From Dehalococcoidia bacterium (GTDB lineage: Bacteria > Chloroflexota > Dehalococcoidia > DSTF01 > RBG-16-68-14), in the NCBI GenBank assembly GCA_040882355.1, contig JBBEBM010000017.1, positions 1 through 64,000 of the forward strand: a stretch of DNA of 64,000 bases. Direction: 5' to 3'. The position numbers were made by a program, and so were the translations under genes. Below are positions 9,774 to 18,521 of this stretch, one piece after another. A model generated the notes under the pieces. The model did no database searches, was not told the origin of the DNA, and saw only the letters and a program-made list of their open reading frames with translations. Within the stretch, counting starts at the first letter, position 1. The number at the start of each line of letters is the position of its first letter.

Positions 9774-11162
9774 CTACCCCATCGCGTTTTCGACGCAGAC
9801 GATTGAGCAGTCGCCGCCGTGGAGACGCTCCGCCTCAGCGATCGCGTCCTCGACGGTCGGCGTCGAGGTGAATCCGACGTGCTCCGGCACTTTCGGGTCG
9901 CGCGCGCCGGCGACGAAGATGCGCCCGGCGTGGCGCAGTCGCTTCAGCGGGTGCGTCGCCAGGATCGCGTGCACGGGATGGAATGCGACGCCGTTGCGAT
10001 AGCGCTCGATGTAGCCGGCGTGCGTCGCGAACTCTTCGCCGAAGCGCTGGGTGATCTCGTAGGGGTCGCGCGTCTCCGGCAGGACGCGCTCCCAGACCTC
10101 GCGGTACGACGGGTGGTGCTCTTCGTCCCAGTCCTCCGGGCAGGGCGTCGTCACGATCACCGAGCAGCCCGGCTTGCCGAGCGCCTCGATGTAGCCGCCC
10201 AGGTAGCCGAGCCCCGATGAGACCAGCGTCAGCAGCGGGTTCATGCGCGCGAACGTCGCGTACGGGCTCCACGCCGGCAGCCCGTAGACAACGACATCCG
10301 CCGGCTCCGCCTGGCCGCGGCGCGGCGGGTGGCGCTGCTCCAGCACCTCCTGCGCGGCCGCCCGCGTCTCGGTGACGCCGCCCGCCCAGATGCGCCCGAT
10401 CTTCGTCGCGTTGGCGAGGACGGTCTCGATCTTGAAGACGCGCTTGCCGAGCGTCGCCTCCAGGTGCGCGCCCATCTCGTTGAACACCTCGTGCATGCGG
10501 TTGTTCCGCACGGACATCGACATGCCGTCCGGCGTGTGCGTCCAGCGGATCGAGCGCCACGTCGAGAGCCCCACGCACACCGACTTCCAGCCGCCGCCGA
10601 AGCCCATGTGGCAGGCCGCGTTTACGTAGACCGTCAGGTCGCTCTCGACGACGCCGCGATGCACCTCGACGTCGTAGCCGGCCGGCGTCGTGCCGAGGTG
10701 AACGAGGTTCGCCGCGTCCTCCGCGTCGTGGCACGTCAGGCGCGGCCCGAAGCGCCGGACGAGATCGTCGCCGATCACCGACGCCAGCTCCTGGTCCGTC
10801 CACTTGCGGTGGAGCGCGTTCGCGCAGACGAGCGAGACGTTCTTCTCCGGCACCCCCGCCTCCGCCAGCTCAGCAAGCAGCGCCTCGATGGCGTAGCGGC
10901 GCACCGGCCCGTACGCCGGGACCGTCGGGTCGTCGAACGCGATGAGCACGCGCCCGCCCGCCGGCACGAGCTCGCGCACGCGCGGCATGCCCATCGGCTG
11001 CGCGAGCGCGTCGCGAACGGCCTGCGCCTGATCGGGCGCGGCCTCCAGCCGAAATCCGCCGCCGCCGTTTCTCGCGTCCCCGCCGCCTCGAATGACGCGG
11101 GCGCGGTCGGGCAGCGTCGACGTCACCGTCTCGTCGCCGTAGGGGAGCGTCACTTCAGTCAT
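9774..11162 (-). CDS. Lactate racemase (LarA)-like nickel-pincer-domain protein
   Basis: ATG 11162 after AAGGAGG; AFDDPT, ANALHRK, HDAED..LVHLGTT, HMGFGGGWKS. Substrate unknown. Confidence 0.8.
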   Translation of the reverse strand: MTEVTLPYGDETVTSTLPDRARVIRGGGDARNGGGGFRLEAAPDQAQAVRDALAQPMGMPRVRELVPAGGRVLIAFDDPTVPAYGPVRRYAIEALLAELAEAGVPEKNVSLVCANALHRKWTDQELASVIGDDLVRRFGPRLTCHDAEDAANLVHLGTTPAGYDVEVHRGVVESDLTVYVNAACHMGFGGGWKSVCVGLSTWRSIRWTHTPDGMSMSVRNNRMHEVFNEMGAHLEATLGKRVFKIETVLANATKIGRIWAGGVTETRAAAQEVLEQRHPPRRGQAEPADVVVYGLPAWSPYATFARMNPLLTLVSSGLGYLGGYIEALGKPGCSVIVTTPCPEDWDEEHHPSYREVWERVLPETRDPYEITQRFGEEFATHAGYIERYRNGVAFHPVHAILATHPLKRLRHAGRIFVAGARDPKVPEHVGFTSTPTVEDAIAEAERLHGGDCSIVCVENAMG

Positions 11163-11526
11163 CGTGCGCCTCCTTGTCGTGTGCGGCGCATTGTAGGCGC
11201 GAGCACCAGCGGATGGCAATCGGATGAGCGGAGGGCGGAGGGCTCCTCTACTGCGCGAAACGTGGCAGTTGGTTTTGCAAAATCACCTTTTTCGGCTCGA
11301 CCCGGCAGATCTCCTCCTCGACGCGAGTCTGGCGTCCGGACGCTGAGCCGGACATGCCCACGCCGGATTATCGAGGTCTAGGGTAGGGCCCTGGCGGGAG
11401 AGCGCGAAGGGGGACGTGGCGCGGGCGCCACGACCACGCCAGATTTTACAGATGTTTGACGTAGTTGCCATCGGCGGATGACGGTGACGCGCGATACTAG
11501 AGTCAACCTCTTACCAAGGCGAAAGC

Positions 11527-11569
11527 AGCAGGAACCGCGAGTATTGCTCCCCCACTCGCGGTTTCTGCT
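11527..11569. other. Long hairpin with C-rich loop (terminator or small-RNA element)
   Basis: Arms AGCAGGAACCGCGAGT / ACTCGCGGTTTCTGCT (16 bp, one G-U pair); loop ATTGCTCCCCC. Confidence 0.55.
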
Positions 11570-11753
11570 ATCTAAGCACCGGCGGACGGGGCCGACTTCG
11601 CCAACTCGCCATAGTGCGCATCTGGCTGGAGGTGCAACACGAAGACCGCGGCGCTCTCAATAGAGGCCGATTGGCCCGGGTCAATGGAGCCATTGCCACC
11701 TTGAGAGCTACCAGTCCTGTGCCTAGGCTGGGCAATGGAGTGTAGGTGCAACG

Positions 11754-12350
11754 ATGCGCTGGGTTCGAAGATTAGGGTTCGTGGCCGTTGGCGGGATTGC
11801 AGCCCTCTTGCTGATATCGGTTACCCAACCGCTGATTCGGATGATATACCCGAACGGGCGACCAAGCCCGCTTGCGCGGCGGCTGAACCGAACCTGGGCA
11901 TGGCTCGTGGCGACCGGGCTAACACCGGAGCACTGGCCGGGAAAGCCCATCGCCGGCCCAGCTTCACTAGAGGTCCGAGGACGCCGCACGGGGCTCGCCC
12001 GATCGACGATGGCGACGTGGGTGGAATACGAGGGCGAGCGTTACTTTGTCTCGATGCTTGATGAGCGTTCGGACTGGGTGCGCAACGTCCGCGCTGCGGG
12101 AGGCGAAGCGGTGTTGCGCAGGCGAACCAGACGACCGGTCCGCCTAGAGGAATTGCCGGTAGAGCAGCGGGCGCCAATCATCCGGGCCTGGTACCAACGG
12201 ACGTGGACTTCGACGCGTCCTCACCTGCACGTCGACCCAAAGGCAGGAATCGAAGAGTTCGAAGCGCTCGCGAAGACGCATCCAGTCTTCCAAATCGTTG
12301 AGCCCGGTGCCGACGACCGTGTCTCAGTGGCAGCGGCACAGGAAGCATGA
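11754..12350 (+). CDS. Deazaflavin (F420H2)-dependent nitroreductase / quinone reductase family protein
   Basis: LEVRGRRTG..R and SDWVRNVRAAGG motifs, HPVF end; start position uncertain. Confidence 0.8.
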   Translation: MRWVRRLGFVAVGGIAALLLISVTQPLIRMIYPNGRPSPLARRLNRTWAWLVATGLTPEHWPGKPIAGPASLEVRGRRTGLARSTMATWVEYEGERYFVSMLDERSDWVRNVRAAGGEAVLRRRTRRPVRLEELPVEQRAPIIRAWYQRTWTSTRPHLHVDPKAGIEEFEALAKTHPVFQIVEPGADDRVSVAAAQEA

Positions 12351-12354
12351 GCTA

Positions 12355-12552
12355 ATGGACCTCTACGATCTGGAACCTGGTGACCTGGTGCGAGTTGGTG
12401 AAGCCGGAGCCGTGGCGGAGGTCGTTCGGGCGACCGAGGACGGGCGCTCGATCCTCGTGCGTTACGTTGAGAGCCCGGAAGACCGTCACCTCGTCGGCAC
12501 CGAACGCCTGTGCGCGGAGGACGAGGTGGTCGAGAAGGTGGCCCTGAACTGA
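12355..12552 (+). CDS. Small hypothetical protein (SH3/KOW-like beta barrel suspected)
   Basis: MDLYDLEPGDLVRV...AEVV...ILVRY; starts 4 nt after the upstream stop. Confidence 0.6.
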   Translation: MDLYDLEPGDLVRVGEAGAVAEVVRATEDGRSILVRYVESPEDRHLVGTERLCAEDEVVEKVALN

Positions 12553-12756
12553 TCGCCGTGGACAGGCCACAAGAAGAGGCGCCGTGCTCTCACCGGGCGG
12601 GCCGGCCGGCGGGTCCCGCTCTGCTATAATAGCTTCGCAGCTCGTTGCTGGAGCTTCCCCCGCCTTCGGCGGGCTGGCCCGCCTTTGGCCGGGTGAGCCG
12701 CATGCCGATAACTCCAGTACGGAGGACGCTCTGCTGATGACCCCGCCGCTGGCACT

Positions 12757-13647
12757 ATGGCTTCGAAAGACAACAGGAGCGATGCATCTCGTTCCGTCCG
12801 CGGCGGAGCGTCCGACGCGCTTGCGCGCGTGCTCTTCCGGCTGTCCACCCAGCTCTTCGGCGGGCGCATGACCCCGCCGGACGGGCCGGACTGGCGGCTC
12901 GGAGGCGAACAGCCCCCGGCGAAGCAGGCACACCCCGCCGCCGAGGCCGCCCGCATCCTGGAGCGCGCCCTCGCCGAGGCGGAGACCATGCTGGGAAGGT
13001 TGGAGCGCGGCCTGCGCTCGGCCCCGCCGGCGCCGCAACCGCAGAAGGACGAAACGATGGCATCTCAGGAGCTGAGCGAGCTACAACGGAACCTCCAGGC
13101 GCTGACCGGACGCCTGGAAGAGGCGCTGGCGCGCCTCGCGAAGGAGATCGAACGGCTCGCCGCCGGCACGGTCCACCTCTCGCAACTCGTCGAACGACTC
13201 GAATCGCAACCCGTCGCTCCCGCGGCGCCCGCGCCTGCGCTCGACGAAGCCGTGCCATCGCCCGCCGCACTCGTCGCCGTCCCCGCCGCGCAAGAGCCGC
13301 GCTTCCAGCCGGGCGAGCAGGCGCTGGGCGTCGTCATCGGCGCCGTGCCCGGCTTCCAGGGGCTGATGGACGTGCAGCGCGGCCTCAGCGGCCTGCCCGC
13401 CGTCGCCGGCGCGCCCGTGCGACGCTACAAGAACGGCGAAGCCCTCCTCGAAGTCGCCCTGCGTGAGCCGGTCAGCGTCACGCAGATCGTGCAGAAGCTG
13501 GAGACGACCACCGGCCGAACGATGCTCATCGAAGAGGCGCACCCGGAATCGCTCCGGCTGCGCCTGCGCTTCGTCGACGGCGAGGGCCGCGCCCCGGACG
13601 GCGCGCCCGACCCCGAGCTCCCGGACTCTCTCCGCCGCGACGACTAG
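12757..13647 (+). CDS. Hypothetical protein with central coiled coil
   Basis: Heptad-like segment LSELQRNLQALTGRLEEALARLAKEIERL; extended -10 TGCTATAAT at 12622-12630. Confidence 0.7.
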   Translation: MASKDNRSDASRSVRGGASDALARVLFRLSTQLFGGRMTPPDGPDWRLGGEQPPAKQAHPAAEAARILERALAEAETMLGRLERGLRSAPPAPQPQKDETMASQELSELQRNLQALTGRLEEALARLAKEIERLAAGTVHLSQLVERLESQPVAPAAPAPALDEAVPSPAALVAVPAAQEPRFQPGEQALGVVIGAVPGFQGLMDVQRGLSGLPAVAGAPVRRYKNGEALLEVALREPVSVTQIVQKLETTTGRTMLIEEAHPESLRLRLRFVDGEGRAPDGAPDPELPDSLRRDD

Positions 13648-13695
13648 CGCGCGCGATCGGGACGCGGAGCGCGGCGGCGGTACAATGTGTGCCGC

Positions 13696-14868
13696 ATGTG
13701 GATCCGGCGCCTCACCCTGAGCAACTTCCGCAACTATCGCAGCCAGGAGCTCGACCTGCCGCGCGGCCCCGTGCTCCTGCTGGGCGATAACGCGCAGGGC
13801 AAGAGCAACCTGCTGGAGGCCATCTTCCTGCTCGCCACCACGCGCTCCGAGCGCGCCCAGACGGACGGCGAGCTCGTCCACTGGGACGCCCTCGCCGACC
13901 CGCAGCCGGTCGCGCGCGTCACCGCCGACGTCGAGCGCAGCGACGGGCCGCTGCGGCTCGAAGTGGTCGTCGTCGGCCGGCCGAAGGGCAGTGACCCGGC
14001 GCGCACCCCCGCGTCGAAGCGGCTGCGCGTGAACGGCCTGCCCCGGAATCGCGCGGGCGTCGTCGGCCAGCTCATCGCGGTGCTCTTCACCACCGACGAC
14101 ATGACGCTCATCGGCGGGCCGCCGGCGGACCGGCGCCGCTACCTGGACGTGACGCTGTCGCAGCTCGAGCCAACGTACCTGCGAGCGCTCCAGCGCTACA
14201 ACAAGGTGATCACGCAGCGCAACGCGCTACTCAAGCGCATCCAGGAGGGCGAGGCCCAGGCGGAAGAGCTGTCGTTTTGGGACGACGAGCTTTCGCGGGA
14301 GGGCGCCGTCGTCATCGCGCAACGCGCGCGTGCCGCCGAGGCGCTGGCCAGGCACTCCCGGGACGCCCACCTGCGCGTCAGCGACGGGCAGGAGGAGCTG
14401 GGCATCGCCTACCAGCCACGGCTCGAAGGGTGGGACGGGGCGCGGGCGGCGGGCGCACCGCCGGACGAACTGTTCGGCGCCCTGCGCGAGGCGTTCGAGG
14501 CGGGCCGGCGGCGCGACATCGGCGCGGGGCTGACGCTGAGCGGGCCGCACCGCGACGACCTGTCGTTCACGCTGAACGGCGTCGCGGCCGCGTCGTTCGC
14601 GTCGCGCGGGCAGCAACGCACCGCGGCGCTTTCGCTGCGGCTCGCCGAAGCGCGCTACATGGCGGAGCGGCGCGGCGACCGGCCCGTGGTGCTGCTCGAC
14701 GACGTGCTGTCGGAGCTGGACGAGGCGAGGCGCCGGGCGGTGCTGGAGTCGCTGGGCGAGTGGGACCAGCTCCTCATCACCTCCGCCGACGCTGACCGCT
14801 TCGGCGAGGGGTTGCTGGGGAACGCGACGGTGTTCCGGGTGGTGGGGGGGACTGTCACACTTTCGTGA
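13696..14868 (+). CDS. recF: DNA replication/repair protein RecF
   Basis: NFRNY, GDNAQGKSNLLEA, RRRYLD, GPHRDD, SRGQQR, LLDDVLSELD. Confidence 0.96.
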   Translation: MWIRRLTLSNFRNYRSQELDLPRGPVLLLGDNAQGKSNLLEAIFLLATTRSERAQTDGELVHWDALADPQPVARVTADVERSDGPLRLEVVVVGRPKGSDPARTPASKRLRVNGLPRNRAGVVGQLIAVLFTTDDMTLIGGPPADRRRYLDVTLSQLEPTYLRALQRYNKVITQRNALLKRIQEGEAQAEELSFWDDELSREGAVVIAQRARAAEALARHSRDAHLRVSDGQEELGIAYQPRLEGWDGARAAGAPPDELFGALREAFEAGRRRDIGAGLTLSGPHRDDLSFTLNGVAAASFASRGQQRTAALSLRLAEARYMAERRGDRPVVLLDDVLSELDEARRRAVLESLGEWDQLLITSADADRFGEGLLGNATVFRVVGGTVTLS

Positions 14869-14934
14869 CCAGTTTGCGCGATTCGCAAGTGTAGACTGCG
14901 TTCCATAAGCTGGAACGTGAGGGAGGACGACTTC

Positions 14935-15999
14935 ATGAGATGGCTGTACGGGTTGGTGGCCGGCGGGATCGCTGCGGTTGTCGCGGCGCTCGTGTCGCTG
15001 CCGCTGGACTCGCCGGACGACCTCGTCTTCAACACAGCGACGGTGGCGATCGGCGCGATGGCTATCGGCGTCTTCGAGGGCGTGCTCTGGCAGGCGCTGG
15101 GTACGCGTCCGCAGGGACGCCAGCTCTACATCGGCATCTCTGCGGGCGCGTTCGTCGTCGCAGCCGTGGGGATCGTCATCGGCGAGACGCTCCTTGAAGG
15201 GACGGTGCGCTTCGCGCTGCCGCTCGCGGCGCTGATCTTCATCATCACGGCGCTCCTGCCGCCGGTGCTCGATTCGCTCCAGCCGGCGCGTAACTTTGCG
15301 CTCGGCGGGGCGGCGGCGTCGCTGATCGCCGCGCTCGCGATTGGCTTCGGCCTCGCCGGCATGGGCGACGAGCCGAGCGGGCGGCTGGAGCTGCCAGACC
15401 CCGACCCGACCGATGCGCCAGCGGCATCGTCGACCGGCACGCCGTCCGAGACGGTCGACGCGCTCACGGCCGAAGACGTAGCCGGGATCACGTACGTGAT
15501 CGCTGAAGGCTCCGAACTCACCTACACGGTGCGCGAGAAGCTCGCCAGTCTGCCCGCCTCGAGCGACGCGGTCGGCCGCACGAACACCTTGTCGGGCGAG
15601 GTCACGCTGGACGGCGCAACCGCGATCAACGCCGACCTGAGCACGCTCGAGAGTGACCAGGACCGGCGCGACAATCGCGTGCGCACGATCTTCGCCAGCG
15701 ATCCGATCGCCCAGTTCGTTGTCGATAACCTGGAGCTCCCCGACGAGTACGTGCCCGGCACCGCCTACACGGGCACTGTCACGGGCACGGCCACCGTTCG
15801 CGGCGTGGAGCGGCCGCTGACCTTCGAGATCGAGGCGCGGTTGCAGGGCGACGAGCTTCAGGTGGTCGCGCGGACGGACTTCACCTGGGACGACTTCCAA
15901 CTCGAGCCGCCGAACTTCCCCGGCATCGTGCAGGTTGAGGACAACGTCCACATCGAAGTGCTGCTCATCGCCCTGGCGGATGGGGCAGCGACGGGCTAG
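14935..15999 (+). CDS. Multi-pass membrane protein with C-terminal YceI domain
   Basis: About five TM helices then YTVRE...AVGRT...L.SD...RD...GTATVRGV.R YceI pattern; SD GGAGG. Confidence 0.8.
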   Translation: MRWLYGLVAGGIAAVVAALVSLPLDSPDDLVFNTATVAIGAMAIGVFEGVLWQALGTRPQGRQLYIGISAGAFVVAAVGIVIGETLLEGTVRFALPLAALIFIITALLPPVLDSLQPARNFALGGAAASLIAALAIGFGLAGMGDEPSGRLELPDPDPTDAPAASSTGTPSETVDALTAEDVAGITYVIAEGSELTYTVREKLASLPASSDAVGRTNTLSGEVTLDGATAINADLSTLESDQDRRDNRVRTIFASDPIAQFVVDNLELPDEYVPGTAYTGTVTGTATVRGVERPLTFEIEARLQGDELQVVARTDFTWDDFQLEPPNFPGIVQVEDNVHIEVLLIALADGAATG

Positions 16000-16898
16000 C
16001 CGCCTGCGAACAGCGCGCTCTTCAGCGCGCGCGGCACGATGACGCGCAGCGCGCCCGGCGCAACCTCGAAGCGCATGGGCGTCTCGCCCAGGTACTCACC
16101 GTCCACCTGCACCGACAGGCCTGCCGTGCCCACCTCGAACGATGAGACAGGCTGGTACAGCACCTCCGGCCGCCGGTCGTGGCGTCCGAGCAGCACCCAG
16201 GGCGCGAGCCAGGCGAGGCGCAGCAGGCCGCCCCTGCGCAGCAGGCAGAGGTCGAGGCGGCCGTCGTCGGCGCGGGCGAGGTGGGTGAGGTTGAGCACAC
16301 CAGCGTAGCTGCGCGTGTTGCCCAGCAGCAGCCAGTACAGGCCGTCCGACATCGATACGCCGTCCGCGGCCAGCTCTGCCGGCCTCGTTCGATACGTGAT
16401 CGCGCGCTGGATGCCGTGGAGAAGGTACGCCGCCGCGCCGATACGGCGCTTCAGCGTCGACGACACCTCTCGCACGATCGTCGCGTCGAAGCCAACGCCG
16501 GCCATGAGCAAGAAGTAGCGTTCGCCGGCGCGTCCGAGATCGACCGTGCGGGTCTCGCCTTCGGCCAGCAGGCGGAGCGCCGGCTCGACCTTCTTCGGCA
16601 GGCGCGCCTCCTTCGCCCAGACGTTGGCGGTGCCGCCACGCACTACGGCCAGCGCCGTCGCCGATCGCGCGAGGCCGTTCGCCACCTCGTTCACGGTGCC
16701 GTCGCCACCGCAGGCGACGACCGCATCGAGCCCACGTTGCGCCGCGTCGCGGGCCAGCGCTGTCGCGTGGCCGGCCGCGTCCGTCGGCTGCAGAGCGATC
16801 TCCCATCCGTCGAGCGACCCGGCGGCGGCGCGCAACCGATCGAGCGGCGGCGCTTTGCGCGCTGCCGGGTTGTAGATCGCGAGGGCGCGCTTGGTCAT
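15996..16898 (-). CDS. Diacylglycerol kinase family lipid kinase (YegS/BmrU-like)
   Basis: IYNPAA, GGDGTVNEV, GGTANVWA, GVGFDA, QVDGE. Confidence 0.92.
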   Translation of the reverse strand: MTKRALAIYNPAARKAPPLDRLRAAAGSLDGWEIALQPTDAAGHATALARDAAQRGLDAVVACGGDGTVNEVANGLARSATALAVVRGGTANVWAKEARLPKKVEPALRLLAEGETRTVDLGRAGERYFLLMAGVGFDATIVREVSSTLKRRIGAAAYLLHGIQRAITYRTRPAELAADGVSMSDGLYWLLLGNTRSYAGVLNLTHLARADDGRLDLCLLRRGGLLRLAWLAPWVLLGRHDRRPEVLYQPVSSFEVGTAGLSVQVDGEYLGETPMRFEVAPGALRVIVPRALKSALFAGG

Positions 16899-16907
16899 GG
16901 GGGCATG

Positions 16908-17330
16908 GTCGAGGGTGAAGGGTCAGGGGTCAAGGACCCTGGTCGCTGGTTGCTGGTCGCTTGTCGCTTGTCGCTGGTACTGGCACCTGTAGAAGACGCA
17001 GGATGAGAGTGGGCAGCGCCCTATCCCGCGGCGTGAGGTTTGAGATGGAGCGGCGGTTGCCCTGGATGCTGAAGCGGCCTGCACCCGGGCTTGCATACAA
17101 GCGCTCAAGAAAGGACGTGATCTCTCCCACCCGCCCGCCCACGGATGTAGTAAATCCTGGGGGACACCCCCAGACCCCCGGCTGGGGCGCTGCGCCCCCA
17201 GCACCCCCGCTGGGTGTTCGCTGTTCGAGGTTTGAAGTGGGACAGGTTTGAGCGTGGGAGACCCTCAGCTTCGACCAGCAGCGCCTTGACGTGCGATTCG
17301 GGCGTCCAGGCTGAAGGCCTGCACTACAAG
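16908..17330. repeat. Intergenic mosaic of 7-bp tandem repeats and GC-rich hairpin repeats
   Basis: TGGTCGC/TGGTTGC/TGGTCGC/TTGTCGC/TTGTCGC (16940-16974), CTGGGGGACACCCCCAG (17157-17173), GCTGGGGCGCTGCGCCCCCAGC (17181-17202) and a REP-like AGGCTGAAGGCCTGCACTAC near 17308. Confidence 0.7.
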
Positions 17331-17355
17331 AATTGGGGTCCGACTGGGGGCACGG

Positions 17356-18333
17356 CTAGGCGCAGGAGTGGCCGAACTGCATGACGATGACGGAGATGTC
17401 GGCGGCGGTGACGGAGCCGTTGGGCGAGCCGCTGACGGCGCCGTTTGGCGAACGATCGAAGGCCGTGTGGTAGACGGGCGGCGCGGCGGGCTGCGTGAAC
17501 AGCGGGATCGCCATGCTGCCGGTCGAGCCGAAGCGACCGACCACCCGCGACATGTCGGCTACGGTTATCGCAGCGTCGCGCACGTTGGCCGCGTCGGGCG
17601 TGTCGAAGAAGTCCCAGGGGTTGTTCGGGTCGCGTCCGCCGCCGCGCGGGACGTTCGCGCTGTTTTCATAGGCATCGTCGCAGCCGTCGCCGTCGGTGTC
17701 GATGCCGCTCGCCGGCGGCAGCGGCGGCGTGGGCGTGCGAGTGGGGGTCGCGGTTGGTGTGCTCGTTGGCGTGTGGGTCGCCGTGCGTGTCGCGGTCGGC
17801 GAGGTAGGGCCGGAGTAGCCGTCCTGCACGCCGCCGAAGTCGGTCGTCCAGTACCAGTCGTAGGTGGCGCTGGAGTTGAAGTAGCGGCCGATGCCGATCG
17901 CGGTGAAGTTGCTGCTGAGCATGTTGGCGTTGTGGCCGGGGCTGTCCAACCACTGATTGAACGTCGCCTGGGCGCCGGAGTTGCCCGCGGCGATGTTCTC
18001 GCCGAGGTAGGTGTTGAAGTTGTAGCCGCAATCGCGGATGCGCTGGTCCCAGGTGCGGTTGATCGGAGTGTCGTTGTGGGCGAAGTAGTTGTTGTCCGCC
18101 ATGTGCTTCGACTTCCATGCGGCGGCCTTGTTCAGCTTGTCGGAGAGCTGGAGGGGCTGGCGGCCGTTGTTCGCGCGGTGCTGGTTGATCAGAACGAGGA
18201 AAAGCGCTTCCTCGCTGTCGATCGAGGCGTCGACTGTGCAGTTGGGGCCAGCCGAGGTGGGGCGGGCCGGCCAGCCGGCGATCGCCCCGAAGGCGAGGGC
18301 GGCAAGGGCAAGGAACAGGGCGATGCGACGCAT
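17356..18333 (-). CDS. Secreted CAP/SCP domain protein with dockerin-like C-terminal tail domain
   Basis: Signal peptide; GENIAAG, W..SPGH.ANM, YWTTDFG; P/T linker; DTDGDGC...RDP..PWDFFD...QFGHSCA. Confidence 0.88.
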   Translation of the reverse strand: MRRIALFLALAALAFGAIAGWPARPTSAGPNCTVDASIDSEEALFLVLINQHRANNGRQPLQLSDKLNKAAAWKSKHMADNNYFAHNDTPINRTWDQRIRDCGYNFNTYLGENIAAGNSGAQATFNQWLDSPGHNANMLSSNFTAIGIGRYFNSSATYDWYWTTDFGGVQDGYSGPTSPTATRTATHTPTSTPTATPTRTPTPPLPPASGIDTDGDGCDDAYENSANVPRGGGRDPNNPWDFFDTPDAANVRDAAITVADMSRVVGRFGSTGSMAIPLFTQPAAPPVYHTAFDRSPNGAVSGSPNGSVTAADISVIVMQFGHSCA

Positions 18334-18428
18334 CGGGCGGGGTCTCTCCTCCTAAGGGTCTTCCCTATAGAGATCGACCCGACCGCCAGATGCTGTTGCT
18401 ATCCGGCGGGCTGTTTATGGAAAGTTGG

Positions 18429-18480
18429 TTGACAGCCTAGCTTCGATTCACTACAATAGATGACAAAGGCAGTCAGCTTT
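18429..18480 (+). promoter_or_regulatory. Sigma70 promoter with overlapping Rrf2-type operator
   Basis: TTGACA (18429-34), 17-bp spacer, TACAAT (18452-57); box ATAGATGACAAAGGCAGTCAGCTTT (18456-80) containing TGAC-N7-GTCA. Confidence 0.8.
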
Positions 18481-18521
18481 GTCGCTATTCCCGCCGACAA
18501 TGCCCTGAAAGGGAGGACGTC

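Noticed and set aside
12553..14900. Replication origin near recF
   Set aside because: No dnaA, dnaN or gyrB, and no TTATCCACA cluster seen.
18334..18521. SAM or other riboswitch before the sulfur operon
   Set aside because: The leader from the predicted promoter is only about 60 nt and holds the operator; no aptamer consensus.
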